Virus record (IMG/VR): IMGVR_UViG_2917886563_000007
Direction: 5' to 3' (one strand)
DNA: 64,000 bases
DNA from: a virus
Taxonomy: Duplodnaviria > Heunggongvirae > Uroviricota > Caudoviricetes
Positions within the stretch are counted from its first letter, which is position 1. Each line of letters starts with the position of its first letter. Below are positions 52,706-62,934 of the stretch, piece by piece. A model generated the notes under the pieces. It did not search any database. It was not told the DNA's origin and saw only the letters and a list, made by a program, of their open reading frames with translations. Both the position numbers and the translations under genes were made by a program.

Positions 52706-53449
52706 ATGACAGAGACAGAATCAGCGATTCTGGCGCACGCCCGACGATGTGCGCCAGCGGAGTCGTGCGGCTTCGTAGTGAGAACGCCGGAGGGGGAAAG
52801 ATATTTTCCCTGCGTGAATATCTCCGGTGAGCCGGAGGATTATTTCCGGATGTCGCCGGAGGACTGGCTGCGGGCAGAAATGCAGGGTGAGATTGTGGCG
52901 CTGGTGCACAGCCATCCCGGTGGTCTGCCCTGGCTGAGTGAGGCCGACCGGCGGCTGCAGGTGCAGAGTGATTTGCCGTGGTGGCTGGTCTGCCGGGGGG
53001 CGATTCACAAGTTCCGCTGTGTGCCGCATCTTACCGGGCGGCGCTTTGAGCACAGGGTGACGGACTGTTACACGCTGTTCCGGGACGCTTACCATCTGGC
53101 GGGGATTGAGATGCCGGATTTTACTCGCGAGGATGACTGGTGGCGTAACGGCCAGAATCTCTATCTGGATAATCTGGAGGCCACAGGGCTGTATCAGGTG
53201 CCGTTGCCAGCGGCGCAGCCGGGCGATGTGCTGCTGTGCTGTTTTGGTTCATCGGTGCCGAATCATGCCGCCATTTACTGTGGTGACGGCGAGCTGCTGC
53301 ACCATATTCCTGAACAACTGAGCAAACGAGAGAGGTACACCGACAAATGGCAGCGACGCACACACTCCCTCTGGCGTCACCGGGCATGGCACGCATCTGC
53401 CTTTACGGGGATTTGCAACGATTTGGCCGCCGCATCGACCTTCGTGTGA
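52706..53449 (+). CDS. K: tail tip assembly protein K (JAB/MPN + NlpC/P60-like)
   Basis: 247-aa ORF; …VALVHSHPGG… JAB motif; lambda gpK-like. Confidence 0.9.
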   Translation: MTETESAILAHARRCAPAESCGFVVRTPEGERYFPCVNISGEPEDYFRMSPEDWLRAEMQGEIVALVHSHPGGLPWLSEADRRLQVQSDLPWWLVCRGAIHKFRCVPHLTGRRFEHRVTDCYTLFRDAYHLAGIEMPDFTREDDWWRNGQNLYLDNLEATGLYQVPLPAAQPGDVLLCCFGSSVPNHAAIYCGDGELLHHIPEQLSKRERYTDKWQRRTHSLWRHRAWHASAFTGICNDLAAASTFV

Positions 53450-54018
53450 AAACAGGGGCCGAAGCCATCCGGGCGCTGGCCATGCAGATCCCGGCGTTTC
53501 GTCAGAAACTGAGCGACGGCTGGTATCAGGTACGGATTGCCGGGCGGGATGTCAGCACGTCCGGATTAACGGCGCAGTTACATGAGGCTCTGCCTGACGG
53601 CGCTGTGATTCATATTGTTCCCAGAGTCGCAGGGGCCAAGTCAGGTGGCGTATTCCAGATTGTCCTGGGGGCAGCCGCCATTGCCGGATCATTCTTTACC
53701 GCCGGAGCCACCCTTGCAGCATGGGGGGCTGCCATTGGTGCCGGTGGTATGACCGGCATTCTGTTTTCTCTCGGTGCCAGTATGGTGCTCGGCGGTGTGG
53801 CTCAGATGCTGGCACCGAAAGCCAGAACTTCCCGCATACAGACAACGGATAACGGTAAGCAGAACACCTATTTCTCCTCACTGGATAACATGGTTGCCCA
53901 GGGCAATGTTATGCCTGTTCTGTATGGTGAAATGCGCGTGGGGTCACGGGTGGTATCTCAGGAGATCAGCACGGCAGACGAAGGGGACGGTGGTCAGGTT
54001 GTGGTGATTGGTCGCTGA
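53347..54018 (+). CDS. I: tail tip assembly protein I
   Basis: 223-aa ORF matching lambda gpI; overlaps K 3' end. Confidence 0.85.
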   Translation: MAATHTLPLASPGMARICLYGDLQRFGRRIDLRVKTGAEAIRALAMQIPAFRQKLSDGWYQVRIAGRDVSTSGLTAQLHEALPDGAVIHIVPRVAGAKSGGVFQIVLGAAAIAGSFFTAGATLAAWGAAIGAGGMTGILFSLGASMVLGGVAQMLAPKARTSRIQTTDNGKQNTYFSSLDNMVAQGNVMPVLYGEMRVGSRVVSQEISTADEGDGGQVVVIGR

Positions 54019-54078
54019 TGCAAAATGTTTTATGTGAAACCGCCTCCGGGCGGTTTTGTCGTTTATGGAGCATGACGA

Positions 54079-57000
54079 ATGGGTAAAGGCAGCAGTAAGG
54101 GGCATACCCCGCGCGAAGCGAAGGACAACCTGAAATCCACGCAGTTGCTGAGTGTGATCGATGCTATCAGCGAAGGGCCGATTGAAGGTCCGGTGGATGG
54201 ATTAAAAAGCGTGCTGCTGAACAGTACACCGGTGCTGGACAGTGAGGGGAATACCAACATCTCCGGTGTCACGGTGGTGTTCCGGGCAGGTGAGCAGGAG
54301 CAGACACCGCCGGAGGGATTTGAATCCTCCGGTTCCGAGACGGTACTGGGTACGGAAGTGAAATACGACACGCCGATCACCCGGACTATCACGTCTGCAA
54401 ATATCGACCGTCTGCGCTTTACCTTCGGTGTGCAGGCACTGGTGGAAACCACCTCAAAGGGTGACAGGAATCCGTCGGAAGTCCGCCTGCTGGTTCAGAT
54501 ACAACGTAACGGTGGCTGGGTGACAGAAAAAGACATCACCATTAAGGGCAAAACCACGTCGCAGTATCTGGCCTCAGTGGTGGTGGATAACCTGCCGCCG
54601 CGCCCGTTTAATATCCGGATGCGCAGGATGACGCCGGACAGCACCACAGACCAGCTGCAGAACAAAACACTCTGGTCGTCATACACCGAAATCATCGATG
54701 TGAAACAGTGCTACCCGAACACGGCACTGGTTGGCGTACAGGTGGACTCGGAGCAGTTCGGCAGCCAGCAGGTGAGCCGTAATTATCATCTTCGCGGGCG
54801 CATTCTGCAGGTGCCGTCGAACTATAACCCGCAGACGCGACAATACAGCGGTATCTGGGACGGAACGTTTAAGCCAGCATACAGCAACAACATGGCATGG
54901 TGTCTGTGGGATATGCTGACCCACCCGCGCTACGGCATGGGGAAACGTCTTGGTGCGGCGGATGTGGATAAATGGGCGCTGTATGTCATCGGCCAGTACT
55001 GCGACCAGTCAGTGCCGGACGGCTTTGGCGGCACGGAGCCGCGCATCACCTGTAATGCGTACCTGACCACACAGCGCAAGGCGTGGGATGTGCTCAGTGA
55101 TTTCTGCTCGGCGATGCGCTGTATGCCGGTATGGAACGGGCAGACGCTGACGTTCGTGCAGGACCGACCATCAGATAAGGTGTGGACCTATAACCGCAGT
55201 AATGTGGTGATGCCGGATGATGGCGCGCCGTTCCGCTACAGCTTCAGCGCCCTGAAGGACCGCCATAATGCCGTTGAGGTGAACTGGATTGACCCGGATA
55301 ACGGCTGGGAGACGGCGACAGAGCTTGTGGAGGACACGCAGGCCATTGCCCGTTACGGTCGTAACGTCACGAAGATGGATGCCTTTGGCTGTACCAGCCG
55401 GGGGCAGGCGCACCGCGCCGGGCTGTGGCTGATTAAAACGGAACTGCTGGAAACGCAGACCGTGGATTTCAGCGTGGGCGCAGAAGGCCTTCGCCATGTG
55501 CCGGGCGATGTTATTGAAATCTGCGATGATGACTACGCGGGGATCAGCATCGGCGGGCGCGTGCTGGCGGTGAACAGCCAGACGCGGACACTGACGCTCG
55601 ACCGTGAAATCACGCTGCCATCCTCCGGCACCACGCTGATAAGCCTGGTTGACGGTGAGGGTAATCCGGTCAGTGTGGAGGTCCAGTCCGTCACCGACGG
55701 CGTGAAAGTGCAAGTGAGTCGGGTTCCTGACGGGATAGCTGAATACAGCGTATGGGGGCTGAAGCTGCCGACGCTGCGCCAGCGCCTGTTCCGCTGCGTG
55801 AGTATCCGTGAGAATGACGACGGCACGTATGCCATCACCGCTGTGCAGCATGTGCCGGAGAAAGAGGCCATCGTGGATAACGGGGCGCACTTTGACGGCG
55901 ACCAGAGCGGCACGGTGAATGGTGTCACGCCGCCAGCGGTGCAGCATCTGACCGCAGAAGTCACCGCAGACAGCGGGGAATACCAGGTGCTGGCGCGCTG
56001 GGATACGCCGAAGGTGGTGAAGGGGGTGAGCTTTATGCTTCGCCTGACCGTGGCAGCGGATGACGGCAGTGAGCGGCTGGTCAGCACGGCCCGGACGACA
56101 GAAACCACATACCGCTTCACGCAACTGGCGCTGGGAAACTACAGGCTGACAGTCCGGGCGGCAAATGCCTGGGGGCAGCAGGGCGATCCGGCGTCGGTAT
56201 CGTTCCGGATTGCCGCACCGGCAGCGCCGTCGCGGATTGAGCTGACGCCGGGCTATTTTCAGATAACCGCCACGCCGCATCTTGCCGTTTATGACCCGAC
56301 GGTACAGTTTGAATTCTGGTTCTCGGAAAAGCGGATTGCGGATATCAGGCAGGTTGAAACCACAGCCCACTATCTTGGCACGGCGCTGTACTGGATAGCC
56401 GCCAGTATCAATATCAAACCGGGCCATGATTATTATTTTTATATCCGCAGTGTGAACACCGTTGGCAAATCGGCATTCGTGGAGGCTGTCGGTCGGGCGA
56501 GCGATGATGCGGAAGGTTACCTGGATTTTTTCAAAGGCCAGATAACCGAATCCCATCTCGGCAAGGAGCTGCTGGAAAAAGTCGAGCTGACGGAGGATAA
56601 CGCCAGCAAACTGGAGGAGTTCTCGAAAGAGTGGAAAGACGCCAACGATAAATGGAATGCCATGTGGGGCGTCAAAATTGAGCAGACCGAAGACGGCAAA
56701 CATTATGTCGCGGGGCTTGGCCTCAGCATGGAGGATACAGAGGAAGGCAAACTGAGCCAGTTCCTGGTTGCCGCTAACCGTATCGCGTTTATTGACCCGG
56801 CAAACGGGAATGAAACGCCGATGTTTGTGGCGCAGGGCAACCAGATATTCATGAACGAAGTGTTCCTGAAGTATCTGACGGCTCCCACCATTACCAGCGG
56901 CGGCAATCCGCCGGTATTTTCCCTGACACCGGACGGGCGGCTGACGGCGAAAAATGCCGATATCAGCGGTAACGTGAATGCGAACTCCGGGACGCTCAAC

Positions 57001-57492
57001 AACGTCACGATAAATGAGAACTGTACGATTAAGGGAATGCTCGAGGCTACTCAGGTCAGAGGTGACTTCGTTAAAGCTGTATCTAAGCCATTCCCGAAAA
57101 AAACTGGCTCGTGGGGCGATACGGAAACACCAGGCGGGACGGTTACAGTCACCATTTACGATGATCATAACTTTGATCGCCAGATTATTATTCCGCCCAT
57201 TATTTTTAATGGTGTGGCGTATGACGATCCGGGGAGCGGTAATAACCCGGGAGGTACGCGATACACGGGTTATGGTTTTGAAGTTCGCAAAAACGGCGTA
57301 TTAATCGCATCCAGAGAAACTAAAGGAGCCATTCCCGGTAGTTACAGTGCGGTTATTGATATGCCGAGTGGTGGTGGTAGTGTCACTCTGGAGTTTAAGA
57401 TTTTCCAGAAAGGCAATCAGGGCGCAGGTAACATCACAGACTGTACGGTGATTGTGACCAAAAAAGCTGCTTCCGGTATCAGTATCCGTTGA
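54079..57492 (+). CDS. J: central tail fibre / host specificity protein J, with divergent C-terminal receptor-binding region
   Basis: 1137-aa ORF; N-terminal about 990 aa match lambda gpJ as recalled, last about 150 aa differ. Confidence 0.9.
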   Translation: MGKGSSKGHTPREAKDNLKSTQLLSVIDAISEGPIEGPVDGLKSVLLNSTPVLDSEGNTNISGVTVVFRAGEQEQTPPEGFESSGSETVLGTEVKYDTPITRTITSANIDRLRFTFGVQALVETTSKGDRNPSEVRLLVQIQRNGGWVTEKDITIKGKTTSQYLASVVVDNLPPRPFNIRMRRMTPDSTTDQLQNKTLWSSYTEIIDVKQCYPNTALVGVQVDSEQFGSQQVSRNYHLRGRILQVPSNYNPQTRQYSGIWDGTFKPAYSNNMAWCLWDMLTHPRYGMGKRLGAADVDKWALYVIGQYCDQSVPDGFGGTEPRITCNAYLTTQRKAWDVLSDFCSAMRCMPVWNGQTLTFVQDRPSDKVWTYNRSNVVMPDDGAPFRYSFSALKDRHNAVEVNWIDPDNGWETATELVEDTQAIARYGRNVTKMDAFGCTSRGQAHRAGLWLIKTELLETQTVDFSVGAEGLRHVPGDVIEICDDDYAGISIGGRVLAVNSQTRTLTLDREITLPSSGTTLISLVDGEGNPVSVEVQSVTDGVKVQVSRVPDGIAEYSVWGLKLPTLRQRLFRCVSIRENDDGTYAITAVQHVPEKEAIVDNGAHFDGDQSGTVNGVTPPAVQHLTAEVTADSGEYQVLARWDTPKVVKGVSFMLRLTVAADDGSERLVSTARTTETTYRFTQLALGNYRLTVRAANAWGQQGDPASVSFRIAAPAAPSRIELTPGYFQITATPHLAVYDPTVQFEFWFSEKRIADIRQVETTAHYLGTALYWIAASINIKPGHDYYFYIRSVNTVGKSAFVEAVGRASDDAEGYLDFFKGQITESHLGKELLEKVELTEDNASKLEEFSKEWKDANDKWNAMWGVKIEQTEDGKHYVAGLGLSMEDTEEGKLSQFLVAANRIAFIDPANGNETPMFVAQGNQIFMNEVFLKYLTAPTITSGGNPPVFSLTPDGRLTAKNADISGNVNANSGTLNNVTINENCTIKGMLEATQVRGDFVKAVSKPFPKKTGSWGDTETPGGTVTVTIYDDHNFDRQIIIPPIIFNGVAYDDPGSGNNPGGTRYTGYGFEVRKNGVLIASRETKGAIPGSYSAVIDMPSGGGSVTLEFKIFQKGNQGAGNITDCTVIVTKKAASGISIR

Positions 57493-57552
57493 AATATTTA
57501 TAACCCCAATACGGGCGCCAGAAATGGCGCCTTTTATATTTGTGGAGTGAGT

Positions 57553-59922
57553 ATGGCAGTACAGATTTCAGGTGTGCTGAAAGATGGTGCGGGAAAACCA
57601 ATACAGAACTGCACTATTCAACTGAAGGCAAAGCGTAACAGCACCACGGTACTGGTGAACACGGTGGCCTCTGAAAATCCGGATGAAGCCGGGCGTTACA
57701 GCATGGATGTTGAGTATGGCCAGTACAGCGTTATCCTGCTGGTTGAAGGTTTTCCGCCTTCACATGCCGGAACCATTACCGTCTATGAAGGTTCCAGTCC
57801 GGGGACGCTGAATGATTTTCTCGGTGCCATGACGGAAGATGATGTCATGCCGGAGGCATTGCGCCGTTTTGAGGCTATGGTGGAAGAAGCAGCACGTAAC
57901 GCTGAAGCTGCCTCTCAGAGCGCAGCGGCGGCAAAGAAATCCGAAACTGCAGCGGCATCATCGAAGAACGCGGCGAAAACCTCAGAAACGAATGCAGCTA
58001 ACAGCGCACAGGCGGCAGCGGCCTCACAGACTGCATCGGCAAACTCCGCGACAGCAGCCAAAAAATCAGAAACCAACGCGAAAAATAGCGAAACAGCCGC
58101 AAAGACGAGCGAAACCAACGCAAAGTCCAGCCAGACGGCAGCGAAAACCAGCGAAACGAATGCCAAAGCCAGTGAAACTGCGGCGAAAAACAGCCAGGCT
58201 GCAGCAGCTGAAAGTGAGAGCGCGGCAGCCGGTTCTGCGACTTCAGCAGCCGGATCAGCAACTGCTGCGGTTAACAGTCAGAAAGCAGCGAAGACGAGTG
58301 AAACTAACGCAAAGTCCAGCCAGACGGCAGCGAAGACCAGCGAAACAAATGCCAAAGCCAGCGAAACTGCGGCGAAAAACAGTCAGGATGCAGCGGCCCA
58401 AAGCGAGAGTGCCGCAGCTGGTTCTGCAAGTGCGGCGGCTTCTTCTGCCACTGCATCAGCCAACAGTCAAAAAGCTGCAAAAACCAGTGAAACCAACGCA
58501 AAGGCGAGCGAGACTGCGGCGGCTAACTCGGCGAAAGCATCCGCTGCAAGCCAGACAGCGGCTAAAGCAAGTGAAGATGCAGCCAGGGAGTACGCAAGCC
58601 AGGCAGCTGAGCCGTATAAACAAGTTTTGCAGCCGTTGCCTGATGTGTGGATACCGTTTAATGACTCGATGGATATGATCACCGGATTTGGCCCGGGATA
58701 TAAAAAAATAACAGTGCGCGATGATGTGGTCACTATACCATCCGACAAAATTGTCCCGTTTTCCCGCGCGAGTTCCGCGACCTATATCAATAAGTCCGGC
58801 GCTCTTACCATTGCAGAAATTAATGAGCCACGTTTTGAAAAAGAAGGGCTGTTAATTGAAGGGCAGAGAACTAACTATCTAAAAAATTCTAATACACCGG
58901 AATTGTGGTACTACCACAGTTTACTGGCGAAAGAGTATGGGGTTGATAATTACGGTTTTAATTATGCAACCGTCACCGTGACAGACAGTCTTGTAGGCAC
59001 AACCAGTAGTTATCAGATTCATAGTGTAACAGGAGAGAACAGGTTTTCTCTGTCCATCGGTGAAACCTGCACTTTTTCTGCCCGCTTTCGTGGAGTTAAT
59101 TCACGTTGTCGCGTCCATATATCTCTTGTTATTGGCGAAAATGTTAAAACATCCGTTGATGTATGTCTGGAGCCAGATACAGGTGAGGTTAAGGCGTACG
59201 GTAATAAGGCGCTGGTGACATTCAGAACGGAAAAACAGGGGGACTGGTGTTACTTTGAAACAACATATACCGCCGCAGAGAATATTGACGAAGTGGTATG
59301 CGGTTTTTTTATAACCAATCCTGAAGATGGTGGTTTTTCTTCTGATTCGTCATTAACAATGACTACGCCGCAAATTGAAAAAGGGCCATGCGCTTCATCG
59401 TTTATTATTTCCGGAAACACACCAACCACGCGCGCCAGTGATATGGTTATTTTTTCAACCAGAAATAACATAAGTTCTGTCCCTTTAAGCTGTCTTGTTG
59501 AAATACATAAAAATTGGGACTCTACGCCAAATCAGGCCCCACGAATTTTAACCACTATTGGCGTGGCGACTAATGATGAACAACTGGTATTTGCTTTCAG
59601 GAAGCCTACAAGTCCGGATGTAGAGCCTTTACCTTATGTTCAGTTTGGAGTGAGATCTGCATATCTTAGTCCATCTGTGAAGGCCGGGCGCAAAATGATT
59701 GCTGGTTTTGTCTGTAATAGCTCGACTGAATTTCGTTGCTGTTGTAATGGTTACCTGTCACCTGTTCAGACTTCGTCATGGAAGAATACCGGAGCTGCAC
59801 ATGAAATACGTATTGGGGGAACTTCTGCTGGCGGAGACCGCCACTTGTTTGGTCACGTTCGTAACCTGAGAATATGGCATAAAGAATTAACTGATGCGCA
59901 AATGGGGGAGAGTATTAAATGA
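57553..59922 (+). CDS. stf: side tail fibre protein (Stf-like N-terminus, repeat region, distinct C-terminal jelly-roll-like domain)
   Basis: ORF 57547..59922; MAVQISGVLKDGAGKPIQNCTIQLKAKRNSTTV… as lambda Stf N-terminus; SETNAK/TAAK repeat region; C-terminus ends …HVRNLRIWHKELTDAQMGESIK. Confidence 0.8.
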   Translation: MAVQISGVLKDGAGKPIQNCTIQLKAKRNSTTVLVNTVASENPDEAGRYSMDVEYGQYSVILLVEGFPPSHAGTITVYEGSSPGTLNDFLGAMTEDDVMPEALRRFEAMVEEAARNAEAASQSAAAAKKSETAAASSKNAAKTSETNAANSAQAAAASQTASANSATAAKKSETNAKNSETAAKTSETNAKSSQTAAKTSETNAKASETAAKNSQAAAAESESAAAGSATSAAGSATAAVNSQKAAKTSETNAKSSQTAAKTSETNAKASETAAKNSQDAAAQSESAAAGSASAAASSATASANSQKAAKTSETNAKASETAAANSAKASAASQTAAKASEDAAREYASQAAEPYKQVLQPLPDVWIPFNDSMDMITGFGPGYKKITVRDDVVTIPSDKIVPFSRASSATYINKSGALTIAEINEPRFEKEGLLIEGQRTNYLKNSNTPELWYYHSLLAKEYGVDNYGFNYATVTVTDSLVGTTSSYQIHSVTGENRFSLSIGETCTFSARFRGVNSRCRVHISLVIGENVKTSVDVCLEPDTGEVKAYGNKALVTFRTEKQGDWCYFETTYTAAENIDEVVCGFFITNPEDGGFSSDSSLTMTTPQIEKGPCASSFIISGNTPTTRASDMVIFSTRNNISSVPLSCLVEIHKNWDSTPNQAPRILTTIGVATNDEQLVFAFRKPTSPDVEPLPYVQFGVRSAYLSPSVKAGRKMIAGFVCNSSTEFRCCCNGYLSPVQTSSWKNTGAAHEIRIGGTSAGGDRHLFGHVRNLRIWHKELTDAQMGESIK
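58100..58440 (+). repeat. tandem ~189-bp coding repeats inside stf
   Basis: 58101-58250 and 58290-58440 are near-identical (…gcaaagtccagccagacggcagcgaa(a/g)accagcgaaac…); further degenerate copies upstream. Confidence 0.8.
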
Positions 59923-60200
59923 AAGATTTAACACTCAAATTTGCAGACAGGGCCGACTTTTCGGCCTTCATGGATAGCACGGGCTATTATGATGACGAGT
60001 CGATGCAGGATGATATTCTTATTGACGTGATAGGTAACGTGTACAAAGAAACCGGAGAACTTACTGAAGATGGCGAGCCGGTATGTGTTAAGGAAGACGG
60101 ATATTTTGTAAACATGCGCATCATTAATGATGTGAAAACACCGTCAATATTCGATGAATACGTGGTTGCTGTTGAGCATCAACTTCGTGGCTGGATGTGA
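59919..60200 (+). CDS. hypothetical protein (fibre-associated position)
   Basis: 93-aa acidic ORF overlapping stf stop by 4 nt. Confidence 0.45.
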   Translation: MKDLTLKFADRADFSAFMDSTGYYDDESMQDDILIDVIGNVYKETGELTEDGEPVCVKEDGYFVNMRIINDVKTPSIFDEYVVAVEHQLRGWM

Positions 60201-60209
60201 GGAAGAAAA

Positions 60210-61250
60210 ATGGCTACATCGACAGTAATTCCTGATGACATCAAAACGCTAAAATCCGATGTTAGTAAACTAAAAACTGATCAAGGAAGCTATGCAACAA
60301 AATCATATGTAGACAATAAAACAACATGGAATAGTTATTGTAATGTAATCTATGATCAAAAGTCATTGCCCACAACTGGAACTATATTTAGCGGTAAGAT
60401 GCACTTGTCAAATAAGACAGGAGAAACCGAAAACGCTTATAGTGAGATGTACACCAGAAAAAATATTGACGGCACTAAAGATACAATGACAAGGATTGTC
60501 ACACACAATGGAACAAAAGGTATCTTCTGGGATTTTAGCGATCTTTACGGTGGGACATTGATTTTCCCAGGAAATGAAGGTTACTTGAAAATGGGTAAGT
60601 GCCTCATGTCTTATGGGAATCGTGTTGATAACGCCATGATTAAATTTGATTACACAGACACATTACAAATCAAATATGCTAATCATGGGTCAACCATGAC
60701 ATTAAATACACAGGGAACCGCTCACGCTGGCGTAACAACTCGAATATGGGGCAATTCTAGCCGCCCGGTTGTTTATGAAGTTGGCGTAGATGAGGCTCTG
60801 TATATGTTCTACGCACAGAAAACTACCAGCAATACCTACGAATTAACGGTTAACGGCGCGTGTAATGCAAGTGCATTTAATCAAGGCTCTGACCGGGATC
60901 TGAAAGACAATATTCAGGTGATCGATAATGCAACCGACCGCATTCGTAAAATGAACGGCTATACATACACGCTTAAAGAAAACGGTATGCCTTACGCTGG
61001 TGTTATTGCACAAGAAGCCCTGGAAGCCATCCCCGAAGCCGTAGGGTCTATGATGAAATATCCAGACGGTGGGAGTGGATTAGATGGAGAAGAAGGTGAA
61101 CGGTATTACACTGTAGATTATTCTGGTGTTACTGGCTTGCTTGTTCAGGTAGCCAGAGAGTCAGACGACAGAATAACAGCACTGGAAGAAGAAAACGCAG
61201 AATTAAGACAAAGATTATCTGCAATTGAGGCGACGCTTGTGTCTAAATAA
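60210..61250 (+). CDS. tail fibre/tailspike protein with C-terminal intramolecular chaperone (peptidase S74-like) domain
   Basis: 346-aa ORF; C-terminal …SDRDLKDNIQVIDNATDRIRKMNGYTYTLKENG…AGVIAQEALEAIPEAV…DYSGVTGLLVQVARE…ITALEEENAELRQRL typical of autoproteolytic chaperone domains of phage fibres. Confidence 0.6.
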   Translation: MATSTVIPDDIKTLKSDVSKLKTDQGSYATKSYVDNKTTWNSYCNVIYDQKSLPTTGTIFSGKMHLSNKTGETENAYSEMYTRKNIDGTKDTMTRIVTHNGTKGIFWDFSDLYGGTLIFPGNEGYLKMGKCLMSYGNRVDNAMIKFDYTDTLQIKYANHGSTMTLNTQGTAHAGVTTRIWGNSSRPVVYEVGVDEALYMFYAQKTTSNTYELTVNGACNASAFNQGSDRDLKDNIQVIDNATDRIRKMNGYTYTLKENGMPYAGVIAQEALEAIPEAVGSMMKYPDGGSGLDGEEGERYYTVDYSGVTGLLVQVARESDDRITALEEENAELRQRLSAIEATLVSK

Positions 61251-61286
61251 TATTAAGGGGCCGAGCGCCCCGTTTTATTGGGTAGG

Positions 61287-61586
61287 ATGAAAATGGATAT
61301 AACACCTTTCCTTCATGCACTTTGTGCTGTGGCTGCGCAGGTACTGATTGGCCTTTTTACCGGAAACTGGGCTTACGGAGCTATAGCCGGTTGTACGTTC
61401 TTCATTGCGCGTGAACACACCCAGGCAGAATATCGCTGGATTGAAATGTTCGGGCACGGCAAGCGTATGAATATGCCGTGGTGGGGCGGTTTTGATCCAC
61501 GCGCGTGGGATGTAGCAAGCCTGATGGATTTTTCTGTGCCGGTGGTGGCGTGTCTGCTGGTCTGGGTATTTATCCGTTCAACATAA
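61287..61586 (+). CDS. small membrane protein
   Basis: ORF 61278..61586; two hydrophobic segments (…FLHALCAVAAQVLIGLF… and …FSVPVVACLLVWVFI…). Confidence 0.45.
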   Translation: MKMDITPFLHALCAVAAQVLIGLFTGNWAYGAIAGCTFFIAREHTQAEYRWIEMFGHGKRMNMPWWGGFDPRAWDVASLMDFSVPVVACLLVWVFIRST

Positions 61587-61894
61587 AAAGTCGCAGCAAC
61601 TTGTCATGGCGGAATACTGCGGCTGGCTGGTGAGCTATCGATAGTGCGAGTATGGAATGATTTCCAGCCATTATAGATTTTACGTATTTTTTTGCATGAG
61701 AGGATTTGCACCACCTCCCACCGACCATCTATGACTATACGCCACCATTTCTAGGGCTGCTATGTGCCAGAAGCGGACATTATGACAGCCAGGAAGCCCT
61801 TATCTGAACGAAAAAAATAATGTCGTTGGGATGGTTTACTTTACAATGTCAGTTTTAAACAGCCTACAAAACAGGTGATCACGTGCATGCCAAC

Positions 61895-62785
61895 ATGATT
61901 GAATACCTAAATATTTTCATACAGGTTGTTGAGCAGGGTAGCTTCACTAAAGCTGCTGATGTACTTCAGATCCATCGCCCCACCGTGAGCAAAGCAATAC
62001 AGCAGATAGAGCATGATCTGGGTGTAAAACTCATTTATCGCACAACCCGAAAGCTGAGCGTTACTGCTGAAGGGGATGAGTTCTATCATCATGCCAGGCA
62101 TGTCCTGGCCGAAGTTAATGACATGATGGCCAGTTTTTCACCGACTCTTCCACCGCGAGGACGCCTGAGACTTGATGTGCCCCTGGCGCTGGCGCATTCC
62201 ATATTGATCCCTAATCTTAGGCATTTTCAGACACTGTATCCAGGTATTGAAGTTGTGCTGGTTTCTTCGGATAAAAAAACTGATTTGATCACGGAAGGCG
62301 TAGATTGCCTTATCCGCCTGGGTGCGCTTCAGGATTCTAGTTTTATATCCAGACGTCTTGGTGACATCCGGATGGTTACCTGTGCAGCCCCGTCTTACCT
62401 GCAGCAGCATGAGCGGCCAGAAACACTTGCGGATCTGGATAAACATCGGGCAATTAACTTTTTTAGCGACCACAGTCGTGACGTCATGGAATGGAAGTTT
62501 ATCGAAAACGGGAGCATTGTTTCGCTACGTCCTGCGGGCAGCCTGCTGGTTGATAATTCCGATATTCTGCTTTCCTGTGCTCTGGCTGGTCTGGGCATTA
62601 TCCAAGCTACCTATGATGCCGTTGCTCCCCATATTGCTTCCGGCGCTCTTGAAGAGATTCTGCCGCAATACCCATCGGTGTCAAAGCCCGTGTCAGTGAT
62701 GTATCCCGACAGGCGCTACCTTTCTCCAAAAGTGCGCGTCTTTATCGACTGGTTCAGTGATGTTCTGGCCACGCAGATCCGCTGA
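61895..62785 (+). CDS. LysR-family transcriptional regulator
   Basis: ORF 61883..62785; N-terminal HTH (…GSFTKAADVLQIHRPTVSKAIQQIE…LGVKLIYRTTRKLSVT…). Confidence 0.85.
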   Translation: MIEYLNIFIQVVEQGSFTKAADVLQIHRPTVSKAIQQIEHDLGVKLIYRTTRKLSVTAEGDEFYHHARHVLAEVNDMMASFSPTLPPRGRLRLDVPLALAHSILIPNLRHFQTLYPGIEVVLVSSDKKTDLITEGVDCLIRLGALQDSSFISRRLGDIRMVTCAAPSYLQQHERPETLADLDKHRAINFFSDHSRDVMEWKFIENGSIVSLRPAGSLLVDNSDILLSCALAGLGIIQATYDAVAPHIASGALEEILPQYPSVSKPVSVMYPDRRYLSPKVRVFIDWFSDVLATQIR

Positions 62786-62934
62786 AGCAGGCGGATTGTT
62801 AATGGATAATTAATACTGAAGTTCCCTCTCAGCTATTTCTGGTGTGTTTGTAACAACGTAGATTGTTCACAAATGATTCGGGCATCCCTTCGGCATTATT
62901 CTGAAGGAGTGCCTTTAACTGAAGAGAGCTGAAT

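Noticed and set aside
55171-57168. 665-aa ORF on the minus strand inside J
   Set aside because: Lies entirely antisense to the well-supported J gene; Arg/Pro-rich translation typical of a spurious open frame in GC-rich coding DNA.
58100-58440. Possible CRISPR or insertion-sequence repeats in stf
   Set aside because: Repeats are in-frame coding duplications of an Ala/Ser/Thr/Lys-rich fibre shaft; no spacer structure or transposase.
57839-58678. 279-aa Arg/Gln-rich ORF in an alternative frame of the stf repeat region
   Set aside because: Product of the repetitive GCN-rich sequence read out of frame; the Stf frame has clear N-terminal homology and continuity.
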